A stretch of DNA of 64,000 nt. It comes from Stegostoma tigrinum. Taxonomy: Eukaryota. Shown piece by piece: positions 42,926-56,348 of this stretch. The notes beneath the pieces are model-generated. The model was not told the origin of the DNA. It saw only the letters and a list, made by a program, of their open reading frames with translations, and made no database searches. The stretch covers positions 26,350,888-26,414,887 of the forward strand of contig NC_081391.1 in assembly GCF_030684315.1 (NCBI RefSeq). Direction: 5' to 3'. A program made the translations under genes and the position numbers. Within the stretch, counting starts at the first letter, position 1. The number at the start of each line of letters is the position of its first letter.

Positions 42926-43369
42926 GACTATCTAAAGAGAAATTAGGGAATCAAAGCTGGCATCATCAGCAAGGATCATGCCCCAAGAAAATACACTTTT
43001 CAAAAATTTGCTGATTCAGTTCAACTCCATTTGGAATCTCTACCTTCAGCACCTGCCATCAACTTCCTGATTCACTTCCTTCCACACTGTTCTTCGCGGG
43101 AATGTTGCTCATCTCTCAGTTTGTAACTTTGCAGCTTTCCAGATGCATTCCTGAGTTTCACTTCTGGATGATAAAGACTACTTCAGTGTTCCTGGACAGA
43201 AGCTATACATAATGATTCTCCTTCATAATTCACACCTTCGTTATACAACTCTCCTATGCATTGTCCCATTATCATCTCCCTGTTCCATGCACCCTCATCA
43301 CTTTGTCCTTTAGTCTTTTCTCTGTACCTCTGCACACAGCCCCATTTCAATCATCATCCATTCCATCCT

Positions 43370-44640
43370 GAATACCTCCATTGAACCTGCCTCCACTACT
43401 CTTCCAGACTTGAACCATTCACCTCACATTTGTTCTTTTGCAAAACACTTTAAATTTTACATTAGGGAACAGTTTCTCCCATCTATTTTCAATTCAGACT
43501 CCATTTTTTAAAATCTTCTATCAAATCTCCTCTCCAATCTTTCCTTTGACTGAAGTTTCTCATCCTTCTCAAGTATTCTCATCAATATATTTTAGTCTCT
43601 CCAATGCATTCACATCTTTCCTAAAAGCTGTGCTGCTGAGAACAATACACAGTGCTTCAGCGTGGGTCTAACCAATATCCTATAAAATTCATCATAACTT
43701 GTCTGCCCTTGCACTCTGTGCTCTACCTAATGAAACCTACAGTACAGTATGCTTTATTAACAGCTCTCTAAACCTGTCCTGTCCACTTTATGTAGCTATA
43801 CACCCAGATCTCTCTGCTCCTGAACACCCTGAAGAACTGTACCCTTTTTTTCTACTGTCTCTCCATACTCTTTGTACCAGTGCATCAGCTCACACTTCTC
43901 CACATTGAACTTCATCTGCCAACTGCCTGCCCACTCCACCAACTTATTAATGTCCTCATGAAGTGTTACACTGTCCATCGTTCAGTTTACAAGTCTCCCA
44001 AGTTTTGTGTCATCCACACACTTTGAAATTGTCCCTTGCACATTTATATATTTGTAATATATTAATCATTCATATACATTGAGAAAAGTAAGAGTCTCAG
44101 TACTACAAAACTTCCTCTAGCCTGAAAAATACCCATTCACCATTGATCTCTATTTCCTGTCACTCAGCGAGTTTGTTTCCACATGATTACTGGCCCTTTG
44201 ATACCATAGCCTACCAACTTCCTCTCAAGCTGTTGTGTGCCACTGCATCATACATATTTTGAATTCTATCTACACATCAATAGCATTGTCTTCACCAAGC
44301 TTCTCTGTTATCTCTTCAAATAATTCCAATAAATCAGTTGGACCCCATTTTCACTTAACAAAACCATGCTGGCTTTTCTGAAATAACTCACATTTTTCCT
44401 TCCGCTTATTAATTGTAGCCTGAGTAATTGTTCCTACCAGGTTGTCATCACTGGAGTTAAACTGACTGGTTTGGAATTGCTACCATTATCCTTACAACCT
44501 TTTAGAACAGGGCCGCAACATTTGTAATTCTCCAATTCTCCGACACCGCGCCCAAGTCAGAGAACAGTGAAAGATCATGACCAGTGACTGCAATTCCACT
44601 CCCACTTCCTTCAATATCCGCTGTGTATCCATTAGCCCAT
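43370..44640 (-). mobile_element. Degraded CR1-like LINE
   Basis: Minus ORF LHEDINKLVEWAGSWQMKFNVEKCELMH...QRDLGV. Confidence 0.8.
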
Positions 44641-45898
44641 CCTTACCAATTTTAAACATTTCTAATGACTGAGTTTCCTCTGTCTTCCCTCTGTCTTGTC
44701 CACATATTTACTTAATAACTTTTCAATTTCATTTCTTCCAGTTCTGACGAAGATCATGCTCTTGAAATATTCAGTCAGGCTTTAAATCAGTTCATTCCTT
44801 GCTTCCGGTTAGTCTCCAGTGAATTATCTCCTGAATATCTCAAATTCCACTTTAGGCAACTTATGAAGTTTAGCAAATTAATTTGAGCCGAATCTGGGCA
44901 GTTCAGCACAGAGTGTTCAGGGTCCATTGGGGGTGGTTGGGGAAGGGACAGGATGGGGTAGTTGGAGGGAGAGTTGTGACGAGGCAAAACCTGACCCCCA
45001 GCTGCTATTAGCTAAGGGGAGCCTCAACACACAGACTGGGCAGAGGTGAAATGTCAATGGGTGACCAGAGCAAGGGGTCAGTGCAGCATTGAACCTGTCC
45101 CCTGTAGTAAGCCATTGCTTGCCAGGGAGCTCGGGATGTGACAATAAGGACCAGATGAACTCACCCAGTCAACATTTAAAAAAGGATTTTTTTGGAACCA
45201 GAAACTAACATCATGAATTGACAGAGTATTAAAAACTCCTCACTCCCTCCCATCTCATGAACACCAGCACCAAACAGAGGCCTCGTTGCCAGAACCTTCC
45301 CTTTGATCAGGTTGGTTGGTGCTGGATCTGTCAACAATGCCTAAGATTAGAAAGTGATTGTTAATGATCGTGAATAGAGACTCTCAGGATCCAATGGGAT
45401 GATTTGGTCTTCCTTCAGCTTCACTGATATTAAACCAACAGCAACAATGAGTGAGTGAAGTAGATTATTTTGAATCACAGCTGACTGTGTCCTCCCATTC
45501 GGTCAAGTTATTGAAGGCAGTTGGGTAACACACCATGACCCCAAATCGCAAATAGAGGCTCCAGTCTGGTGATCCAATTACTTTGTTAATGTCAGTTCAG
45601 CAGCAGAGAGTGAACATGAATGAAGTGTGGTTCTCCTGGTGCGTTCACTCTGAGACACAGTTTATTAACTCTCCTCAATCAGCTACTTTTTGCTCAGGCT
45701 CAAACTCATGTAATCTTCAACAGCAGTGAATTGAATGTCATTGAGAGTTAGGGTTGTACAACCCGGGCTGGCCCCATCTGCTCCATATGGTGATCCAGGT
45801 GACTGGTGCATTTCCATTCTCCCAGTTTGGGATCTTTGTGCTGCACTGTTAACCCTGGATTATGGAGGCCACTGCAGACACTTGGCCCTTGTTGACTA

Positions 45899-46131
45899 CT
45901 GATTGGGTCAGAAGTCACACGGCACCAGGTTACTGTCCAACAGGTTAATTTGAAACCAGAAACTCTCAGAGTGGTGCTCCTTCATCACACTTCACCCGAT
46001 GAAGCAGCAGCGCTCCAAAAGCTTATGATTTCAAATGAACCTGTTGGACTATAATAACTTGGTGTTGTGTGATTTCTGACCTTGTCCAGCCCAGTCAATA
46101 CTGGCACTTCCACATCACGATTTCTGATTGG
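45899..46131. mobile_element. Short hairpin element (third family) inserted at the PLEKHA stop codon
   Basis: Imperfect inverted arms at about 45906-45987 and 45996-46082 plus tail; TSD CTGATTGG at 45899-45906 and 46124-46131; hammerhead-like CCGATGAAGCAGCAGCGCTCCAAAAGCTTA. Confidence 0.75.
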
Positions 46132-49100
46132 TACTTTCTCCTTGATTATTTTGGCCTGAACGGAGGTTGACTGAATCTTCATAATATCCTGAGTGTTGAC
46201 TGGCTGCCTCTGTGTGATGTTCTAAATTAAAAGTGCGCCCATGTTGTTGCCGCTTTGATTGACACTTGGTTTTCTCAGACTGTCCTGGGTCCTGGGGACT
46301 GTCTGACTCCTCCTCTTTTTCATGGAACTCAGCTAAAGCTTTAGCTGAAAAGCAAATAAAGGAAACAAATCACATTTCACATGGATCATTGAATCTGAAA
46401 TCAGACAATAACAAGATATCCATCTTTCCACCTGCATCACTCCATCATCACTCCATAAAACACCCAACGTCACCCTGTCCTACATCACCACAACATGCGG
46501 GGACGGGGCTGGCGCGGGGACGGGGCTGGCGCGGGGCGGATGTTTTTGCAGACAGCCAGCAGAGATAAATACCAAATGACCTTGTTCTGAATGAACCGTT
46601 TCTCTGATTTTCTGTCTCTGTCAAACATTACAGATCGAGTTCAGGCTTTTCTTTGACTTGGTGATATTTGAAATCAGTTTTTTGTTATTGTCCACTACGT
46701 GCTGTTGCTTCTGTGTATCTAACCCCCGTGAGCTGGCTGTGAACAGGGAGTGTTTGATGGGGACAGTGTAGAGGGAGCTTTACTCTGTATCTAACCCCGT
46801 GCTGTCCCTGTCCCTGGGAGTGTTAGATGGGGACAGTGTAGAGGGAGCTTTACTCTGTATCTAACCCCGTGCTGTCCCTGTCCCTGGGAGTGTTAGATGG
46901 GGACAGTGTAGAGGGAGCTTTACTCTGTATCTAACCCCGTGCTGTCCCTGTCCCTGGGAGTGTTAGATGGGGACAGTGTAGAGGAGCTTTACTCTGTATC
47001 TAACCCCGTGCTGTCCCTGTCCCTGGGAGTGTTTGATGGGGACAGTGTAGAGAGAGCTTTACTCTGTATCTAACCCCGTGCTGTCCCTGTCCCTGGGAGT
47101 GTTAGATGGGGACAGTGTAGAGGAGCTTTACTCTGTATCTAACCCCGTGCTGTCCCTGTCCCTGGGAGTGTTAGATGGGGACAGTGTAGAGAGAGCTTTA
47201 CTCTATATCTAACCCCGTGCTGTCCCTGTCCCTGGGAGTGTTAGATGGGGACAGTGTAGAGAGAGCTTTACTCTGTATTCAAACAGATGTCAGAGATTTG
47301 TTTTCAGTTTAAAATTGTAAAGGGAGCTTCAAACCTGTATCTAACCCCGTATTTTATCGCCACTGGAATGTTCGATAGGGACGGTGCAGAAAAGGCTTTA
47401 CTTTCAGTTTAAAGGAGTAGAGGTTCTGCTCCATATTCCAGCCCATGTTGTCCCTGCCCTGAGAATGAGAGACTGGGACAGTGTAGAAAGAGCTTTACTT
47501 TCTGTTTGACCCTGTGCTGTCCCTGTCTTTGATGGAGACTATGTCCAGGGAGATTTGCTTCCAGTTTAAAAGAGAGCTGGGGCCGGCATGGGGAGAATGA
47601 TGGCGGGGTAAGAAGCAGATTGCCAGGAGCTAGTGAATGTGGGAATTTGTCCCGCTGATTTCACCTGCCAGGGCTTTGCTGTGCTGTGACACTTCAGTGG
47701 CGAGACTGTAAGAGAGATTAATTATCCAATCCCTCTCTCTCTCTCCCAGTGGCATGGCTCGATCTGCAGGGGCCCAGTTCCCAGCTACACTAGGACTAAA
47801 ATTAAACAGAAATACGTGTTTACTTGATGTGAACTCATGTGCAGCGAGGCCAGAGACCCAGCTCTGTGATACCACAGCAAATGAGAAGAGTCTGAACTCA
47901 TTCATTTTAACTGAACCCCAAAATAACAGGGACACAGACCCCCCGAGCCCCAGAATAACAGGGGCACAGACCCCCGAGCCCCAGAATAACAGGGGCACAG
48001 ACACCCGAGCCCCAGAATAACAGGGGCACAGACCCCCGAGCCCCAGAATAACAGGGACACAGCGGCCCGAGACCCAGAATAACAGGGACACAGACCCCTG
48101 AACCCCAGAATAACAGGGACACAACCCCCTGAACCCCAGAATAACAGGGACACAGCCCCGTGAACCCCAGAATAACAGGGACACAGCCCCATGAACCCCA
48201 GAATAACAGGGCCACAGCTCCCTGAACCCCAGAATAACAGGGACACAGACCGCCCGAAGCCCGGAAGAATAGGGAGTGATCTGGGAGTGCAGTGGCTCAC
48301 GGGGACAGTCAACGAAGGCTGGAAATCCAAGATAATAAAATGTGAGGCTGGATGAACACAGCAGGCCAAGCAGCATCTCAGGAGCACAAAAGCTGACGTT
48401 TCGGGCCTAGGCCCTTCATCAGAGAGGGGGATGGGGAGAGGGAACTGGAATAAATAGGGAGAGAGGGGGAGGCGGACCGAAGATGGAGAGTAAAGAAGAT
48501 AGGTGGAGAGAGTATAGGTGGGGAGGTAGGGAGGGGATAGGTCAGTCCAGGGAAGACGGACAGGTCAAGGAGGTGGGATGAGGTTAGTAGGTAGATGGGG
48601 GTGCGGCTTGGGGTGGGAGGAAGGGATGGGTGAGAGGAAGAACCGGTTAGGGAGGCAGAGACAGGTTGGACCAGTCCAACCTGTCTCTGCCTCCCTAACC
48701 GGTTCTTCCTCTCACCCATCCCTTCCTCCCACCCCAAGCCGCACCCCCATCTACCTACTAACCTCATCCCACCTCCTTGACCTGTCCGTCTTCCCTGGAC
48801 TGACCTATCCCCTCCCTACCTCCCCACCTATACTCTCTCCACCTATCTTCTTTACTCTCCATCTTCGGTCCGCCTCCCCCTCTCTCCCTATTTATTCCAG
48901 TTCCCTCTCCCCATCCCCCTCTCTGATGAAGGGCCTAGGCCCGAAACGTCAGCTTTTGTGCTCCTGAGATGCTGCTTGGCCTGCTGTGTTCATCCAGCCT
49001 CACATTTTATTATCTTGGAATTCTCCAGCATCTGCAGTTCCCATTATCTCGAAGGCTGGAAATCCCTCTGTTAGTTGTGAATGACAAGAGACCTTTAGCG

Positions 49101-52100
49101 TTTGGAGCCTGGGGCAGCAGTGACACGGGGGAGGGGGAGGGGCGCGAATTTGGGAGTTTGGGGATTTGCGGGTCTGAGGTGGGAATAGAGCTGGCTTCTG
49201 AGACACAGGGCCATTGTGCAGTTAGTCACTGGGTGAATCTGAAAGGGGGAGGTTACGATGGTGCCATTCAGAGTGTGTGTCCCTTGAGGCCAGACTAACG
49301 TTCCATCAGAGATCAGACTGCGATGAAACCAAGAGAAGCAAAGCTGGCAGCCAGTCTGAAACACTGAAATTTATCAAAAACCCTATTTTATGAGACAGGT
49401 GGTTGTGACCAGGAATTCCAGACTGTCCCTCTCACTATCCATAGTCCTGACTCATGAAACTCAATCAGTGTCTTCCACTTCATCCGAACATATTGAGCAG
49501 ACAGTAGCTAAAAATTTCAACACCATCAATCATCAGTTAAACAGCTGATATCATCATAACAGACCCTGAACCAGTCTTATAGAAAACTGCATGTTAACGA
49601 CAAAAAACAGAGATTCAATAGTAATTTCTGAAAGCTTTCTGGGGAAGCAGCAGGGAGTGAGATTATCAAAGAGCTTGGAGAATCCCAATGGGTCAAAAGG
49701 CCTCTTTGGGTCCTGTCTGCTTCTGAGATTCCTCACCTGGTGTTTGCAATCATGGTCTTGATTTTCTGTGATGTTCTTTCCTTCTCCTGCAGTTGCTCTG
49801 GGCTAAGGGGAGTCTCAGGATTCACATCAATATATCGGGAGGTGATGACCACTGTACTGGGCTTACACTGAAAGGAAATTACCTCGTTATTAACTTGTAC
49901 TAACGTGTAGTTATAAAAGGTGAAAGAACTCATTGCTGCTGAATTTTAAATCAGTCATGTACGTGACACAGATACATCCTTGTTATGTTTAGGGGAACAC
50001 AGCAAGAATGAGGAGTTGAGTTCAGGAAAGGACTGGAGGATAAAAACCTACCTGGTTCACCAATGCCCTAAGGGTGGGAAGCTGCCATTCTTACCTGGTC
50101 TGGCCTACATGTGACTCCAGACCCACAGCAATGTGGTTGACTCTGAACTGCCCTCTGGGCAATTAGGGATGGGCAATGTATGCTGACCTGAGGTGGGCAT
50201 TTAGCACCACCTAATATGACCAAGCCAGACCATTCAGGTCTGCCCTCAGTCTCAGTAACAATACCAGTCAGATCAATGTAACTGGGACCTCATAGCTATC
50301 CTGCAATAACCTACATCTTGTTTAAGACCACAGTCCCTACATAACAGAGTCCCAGGTGGTTTTTGCCTTTCAACAGTAGGACCAACTGCATCTTGTCAAC
50401 TCAAACCAGAAGAGGCTGGAAGCAACAGATCTACGGAACAGCTCCTCCACCATGGGATCACCCTGTGATAGCACTTGGACACACCCACACCATATCCATT
50501 CCCACCCACACTCTTCCTCTGCCTCCCAGCTCCACCCAGATCCTCCATCTCTTTCTCACAATCACCAATTCTCTCTCCCACCCATTTTCCCCCTCCTACA
50601 GTTCCCTTGTGGCTAGGGCTCTAATCTTTATGAAATAACTTTTCAAATGTTCTGTGGCATACTCCTCACTCTGTGCTTAATCATGGCATCTGCTGCTCTG
50701 TTCCTGAGATACTCAAATACCAGGGGTCCGGTGTCATCACACTGCAACCACCAGTCCCTAAATATGACCCTGTCCCTCTTCCTGGTCAGAGTACCTCACA
50801 CGGAGGCAGAATCTTTGGAAGAACAGGAAGGAGCCTAATTGTCTGGACGTGCTCACCTCTTTTCTGACAATGCGATTGTTTTTTTGGGCCTGGCTTTCAG
50901 CTGTCGCTCTTGGTGATGACAATGTCGTTATCAATTTACTTGATGTGGTCACATTTGTAGTTTCAGGTGTCTCTGATGCAGTTGTTGGTTTGATGAGACT
51001 ATTTGGTGTGTATCCAGGTCTGGTTCGAGAGGGCACCACATCAGCAGTCACTGGTCTATTGGCCAGGAGGCTCACGGAGTTCAGCTTCGATGTCCTTGGA
51101 GAGGTTCCTCTCTGACAAGTCAATAAACATGGTCTGAATGAAAACTCAACGTTACTCACTGTTCACCTTCACCTTCAAACAACTGAATAACCTTACTCGG
51201 GTTCTTCCATACCCAATTGTAAAACGCATATAAAAGCACAATACCGTGGATGCTGGAAGTCAGAAACAAACACAGAATGCTACAGGAGCTCAGCAAACCC
51301 AACAGGCTCTGTGGAGAGAAGCGGAGTTAATGCCTCAAGTCTCGTTCAAATCTTCTTCAGAACTGCTCAGCAAATGACTTGGTTTTATCCCTTTATGTCT
51401 CCATCTCAATAAATATATAGAGTAGTTCAATTCTGTAAAGTCTTTCCATATAGAACATTCCAGCACAGTACAGGCCCTTCGGCCCTCGATGTTGTGCCAA
51501 CCTGTCATACCGATCTCAAACCCATCTAACCTACACTATTCCATGTACGTCCATATGCTTGTCCAATGACGACTTAAATGTACCTAAAGTTGGCGAATCT
51601 ACTACCGTTGCAGGCAAAGCGTTCCATTCCCTTACTACTCTCTGAGTAAAGAAACTACCTCTGACATCTGTCCTATATTTTTCACCCCTCAATTTAAAGC
51701 TATGCCCCCTCATGCTTGCTGTCACCATCCTAGGAAAAAGGCTCTCCCTATCCACCCTGTCTAATCCTCTGATTATTTGATATGGTTCAATTAAGTCACC
51801 TCTCAACCTTCATCTCACTAATGAAAACAGCCTCAAGTCCCTCAGCCTTTCCTCGTAAGACCTTCCCTCCATACCAGGCAACATCCTAGTAAATCTCCTC
51901 TGCACCCTTTCCAAAGCTTCCACATCCTTCTTATAATGCGGTGACCAGAACTGTACGCAATACTCCAAGTGCGGCCACACCAGAGTTTTGTACAGCAGCA
52001 ACATGACCTCTTGGTTCCGGAACTCGATCCCTCTATTAATAAAAACTAAAACACTGTATGCCTTCTTAACAGCCCAGTCAACCTGGGTGGCAACTTTCAA

Positions 52101-55100
52101 GGATCTGTGTATATGGACACTGAGATCTCTCTGCTCATCTACACTAATAAGAATCTTACCACGATGTTGAATTGATCTGTTACTTTCACCTCCGTGCTTA
52201 TTTCTTTGGACAGGAGTTCTCTCTCTCTTCTCCACGTATCCTTTCATCCTATCTCTAATACTGAGTCTCCACCTGGACCCCCTCCTGCTGGCCTCTTAAC
52301 TGCCCTTGATCTCTTCATTGTCAACTACCTTCATTTTTCTGCCCCCTTACCCAATCTAACCTGTTCCTCTCTGGACTTCCTGCACTCTGTTCTGTCGGGT
52401 CTATGCCTGACTATTATCAAACCTGTGGACAAAACTTGCTGTTGTCACCTAGTGAACTCTAGTTTGTAGAGGCTAAGCAACAAGTCACAGACAGTTCCTG
52501 TTATCTCCACCTCGACTGTAATGCATCACTAAACATCAAGTTATTATTTCCTGGACTGTCACCGACCTCATCTCCTCCAGACATCTTCCCTCCACATCTT
52601 CCCATCTCATGCGGTGTGTTTCTGATGAAGAGTTACCAGACTCAAAATTTTAACTCTACTTCGTTTCCACTGATGCTGTCACACCTGAAGAGTTTTGCCA
52701 TCAATTTCTGCTTCTGTTGTGGATATCCAGCATTCGTGCTTCTTTGTTTTATGTCAGTCTGTTTCTACCTTCTCCCAAAATCCACAAACAGCACTGACAC
52801 ACCTAACATCTCAGCCTTTTTCTGCCCTACTGAACTTAATTCTCTATATCTTGTCTGTATTTGCACCCCACCTCTTCTTTTTTACCCTCTCCCCACTTAT
52901 ATTCAGATTTCTCCTGATGCTTTACATTAGGTCCATGCATCCCAGTTTCCTAGCTCAACTGAATTTTCTTGAGCACGTACAATCCCTTGAAATGTTCATC
53001 CCCTGTTGGAATGGTCTGACAGTTCTCCAGAAGAAAATGCAGTTCTGAAGAAGAGTTACACCAGACTCGAAACATGAAACACTGTTTCTCTCTCCACTGC
53101 CACTGCTGAAGTTTCTCCAGCACATTGTGTTTGTTGTAAAACATACACGAGCCATTTCCGTGAACAAGTTTCTCTACGTCAGTCTGGTGAAACATAAACC
53201 ATTAAAAACAACCCCAGGACTTTCCAAACACGGGGAGAAATTATTGACCACTCCACAGCAGCTCCAGTTACAGAGTGATAGAGATGGGAAGGTGAACTAA
53301 GCAGATCAGCTGACATGGATTCCAGTTCAAAGACTGAACAGTATAAAACTGATTAAACATCAGTCACTGCCAGCAGGAAGAATGTCACACGCTGGGGAAT
53401 CCTTTGCCTGCGCTGTTACTCACTAACTATCCCAAACTGGTTTGTTTTCTCAAATTTACTGAAGAGATTTATATCTGAGACAAATGGAGTTTGACCTGCT
53501 CAGTTCAGAGAGGTGTCCATGTCACTGTGATGCTCCTCTGAGGGAGGGTGTTTTAACCCAGGGCATGCTCACCATTACAGGGGACACAGCCACACGCTGT
53601 TGGGACAGAGCGCCAGTACTGCGCCTCTCCTGAAGATGTGCTTCCTGGTGTCTCTTCATTCTCTCCATCTGCTCCTCTGCACTCATCTTCCCTTTCCTAT
53701 TTGGGCCAACAGTTCGTGTACGTTGTCCCTGGAGACACAGAGACACAACAATAACAGAATATTCTGTCTGAGGCTTGCTGCTCTCTCTATCTCATCGATT
53801 CTCCAAACGTTCATTGTGTTCCTGAATGGAGTCTCCTTGGGAAGACGCAGCTAACTCCCCCACACACTACACCCCACACAAACCCCGCGCACACACACAC
53901 AAACCCCACCCCGTGCACATACACAACCCCCCCCACACACACACACTATACACCCCACACAACCCCCCCGACACACACTATACACCCCACACAACCCCCC
54001 CGACACACACTATACACCCCACACAAACCCCGTGCACACTCACACAAACCCCACACCGTGCACATACACAACCCACCCCACACACACACACACTATACAC
54101 CTCACACAAACCCCCCGACACACACACTACACCCCACACAAACCCCGCGCACACACACACTACACCCCACACAAACCCCGCGCACACACACACTACACCC
54201 CACACAAACCCCGCGCACACACACACAAACCCCACCCCGTGCACATACACAACCCACCCCACACACACACACACTATACACCTCACACAACCCCCCCGAC
54301 ACACACACTACACCCCACACAAACCCCGCGCACACACACACACACTACACCCCACACAAACCCCGCGCACACACACACACACTACACCCCACACAAACCC
54401 CGCGCACACACACACACACTACACCCCACACAAACCCCGCGCATACACACACACAAACCCCACCCTGTGCACACACACAACCCCCCCCACACACACACAC
54501 ACTATATACCCCACACAACCCCCCCAACACACACTATACACCCCACACAAACCCCACCCTGTGCACACACACAACCCCCCCCACACACACACACTATACA
54601 CCCCACACAACCCCCCCTGACACACACTTTTCACCCCTCACAAACCCCGTGCACACTCACACAAACCCCACCCTGTGCACACACACAACACCCCCCACAC
54701 ACACACTATACACCTCACACAAACCCCGCGCACACACACATGATACACCCCACACAACCCGCCCCCCACACACACTATACACCCCACACAAACCCCACCC
54801 CGTGCACACACACAACCCCCCAACACACACACTATACACCCCACACAAACCCTGCGCACACTCACACAAACTCCACCCCGTGCACACACACTACCCCCCC
54901 AACACACACACTATACACCCCACACAAACCCTGCGCACACACACACACTATACACCCCACACAACCCCCCCCCACACACACTATACACCCCACACAAACC
55001 CTGCGCACACTCACACAAACCCCACCCCGTGCACACACACAACGCCCCCAACACACACACTATACACCCCACACAAAATCCACGCCCACACACACACGCA

Positions 55101-56311
55101 CACTATACCCCACACAAACCCCGCGCCCACATACACACACACAACACCCCACACAAACCCTGCGCCCACACACACACACACACAACATCCCACACAAACC
55201 CTCTGCCCACCCACACACACACACACACAAACACACAAACCCTGCGCCCACACACACACAGACACACAATACACCCCACACAAACCCTGCGCCCACACAC
55301 ACACAGACAGTACACCCCACACAAACCCTGCACCCACACACACACACACACAACAGCCCACACAAACCCTGCGCCCACACACACACAACAGCCCACACAA
55401 ACCCTGCGCCCACACACACACAACAGCCCACACAAACCCTGCGCCCGCACACACACTACAGCCCACACACACACTACAGCCCGCACAAACCCTGCACACA
55501 CACACACAACACCCCACACAAACCTTGCGCCCACACACACACTACAGCCCACACAAACCCTGCGCCCACACACACACACACACAACAGCCCACACAAACC
55601 CTGCACACGCACACACACCTCAGCCCACACACAAACCCTGCGCCCGCACACACACTACACCCCACACAAACCGTGCGCCCACACACACACTACACCCCAC
55701 ACAAACCCCGCGCCCACATGCGCTATACACACCACACAAACCCCGTGCCCACACGCGCTATACACCCCANNNNNNNNNNNNNNNNNNNNNNNNNNNNNNN
55801 NNNNNNNNNNNNNNNNNNNNNNNNNNNNNNNNNNNNNNNNNNNNNNNNNNNNNNNNNNNNNNNNNNNNNNNNNNNNNNNNNNNNNNNNNNNNNNNNNNNN
55901 NNNNNNNNNNNNNNNNNNNNNNNNNNNNNNCCCACACGCACTATACACTCCACACAAACGCCGCGCCCACACATACTATACACCCCACACAAACGCTGCG
56001 CCCACACACACTATACACCCCACACAAACCCTGCACCCACACATACTATACACCCCACACAAACCCTGCGCCCACACACACACTACACCCCACACAAACC
56101 CTGCACCCACACATACTATACACCCCACACAAACCCTGCGCCCACACACACACGACACCCCACACAAACCCTGCGCCCACACACACTACACCCCACACAA
56201 ACCCTGCGCCCACACACACACGACACCCCACACAAACCCTGCGCCCACACACACACTACACCCCACACAAACCCTGCGCCCACACACACTACACCCCACA
56301 CAAACCCTGCG

Positions 56312-56348
<37 letters not shown>

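Noticed and set aside
43861-43882. CTCCATACTCTTTGTACCAGTG resembling miR-150, a neighbour of RPS11 in human
   Set aside because: Seed mismatched and it lies inside a CR1 remnant. I found no convincing miR-150 near RPS11 by eye.
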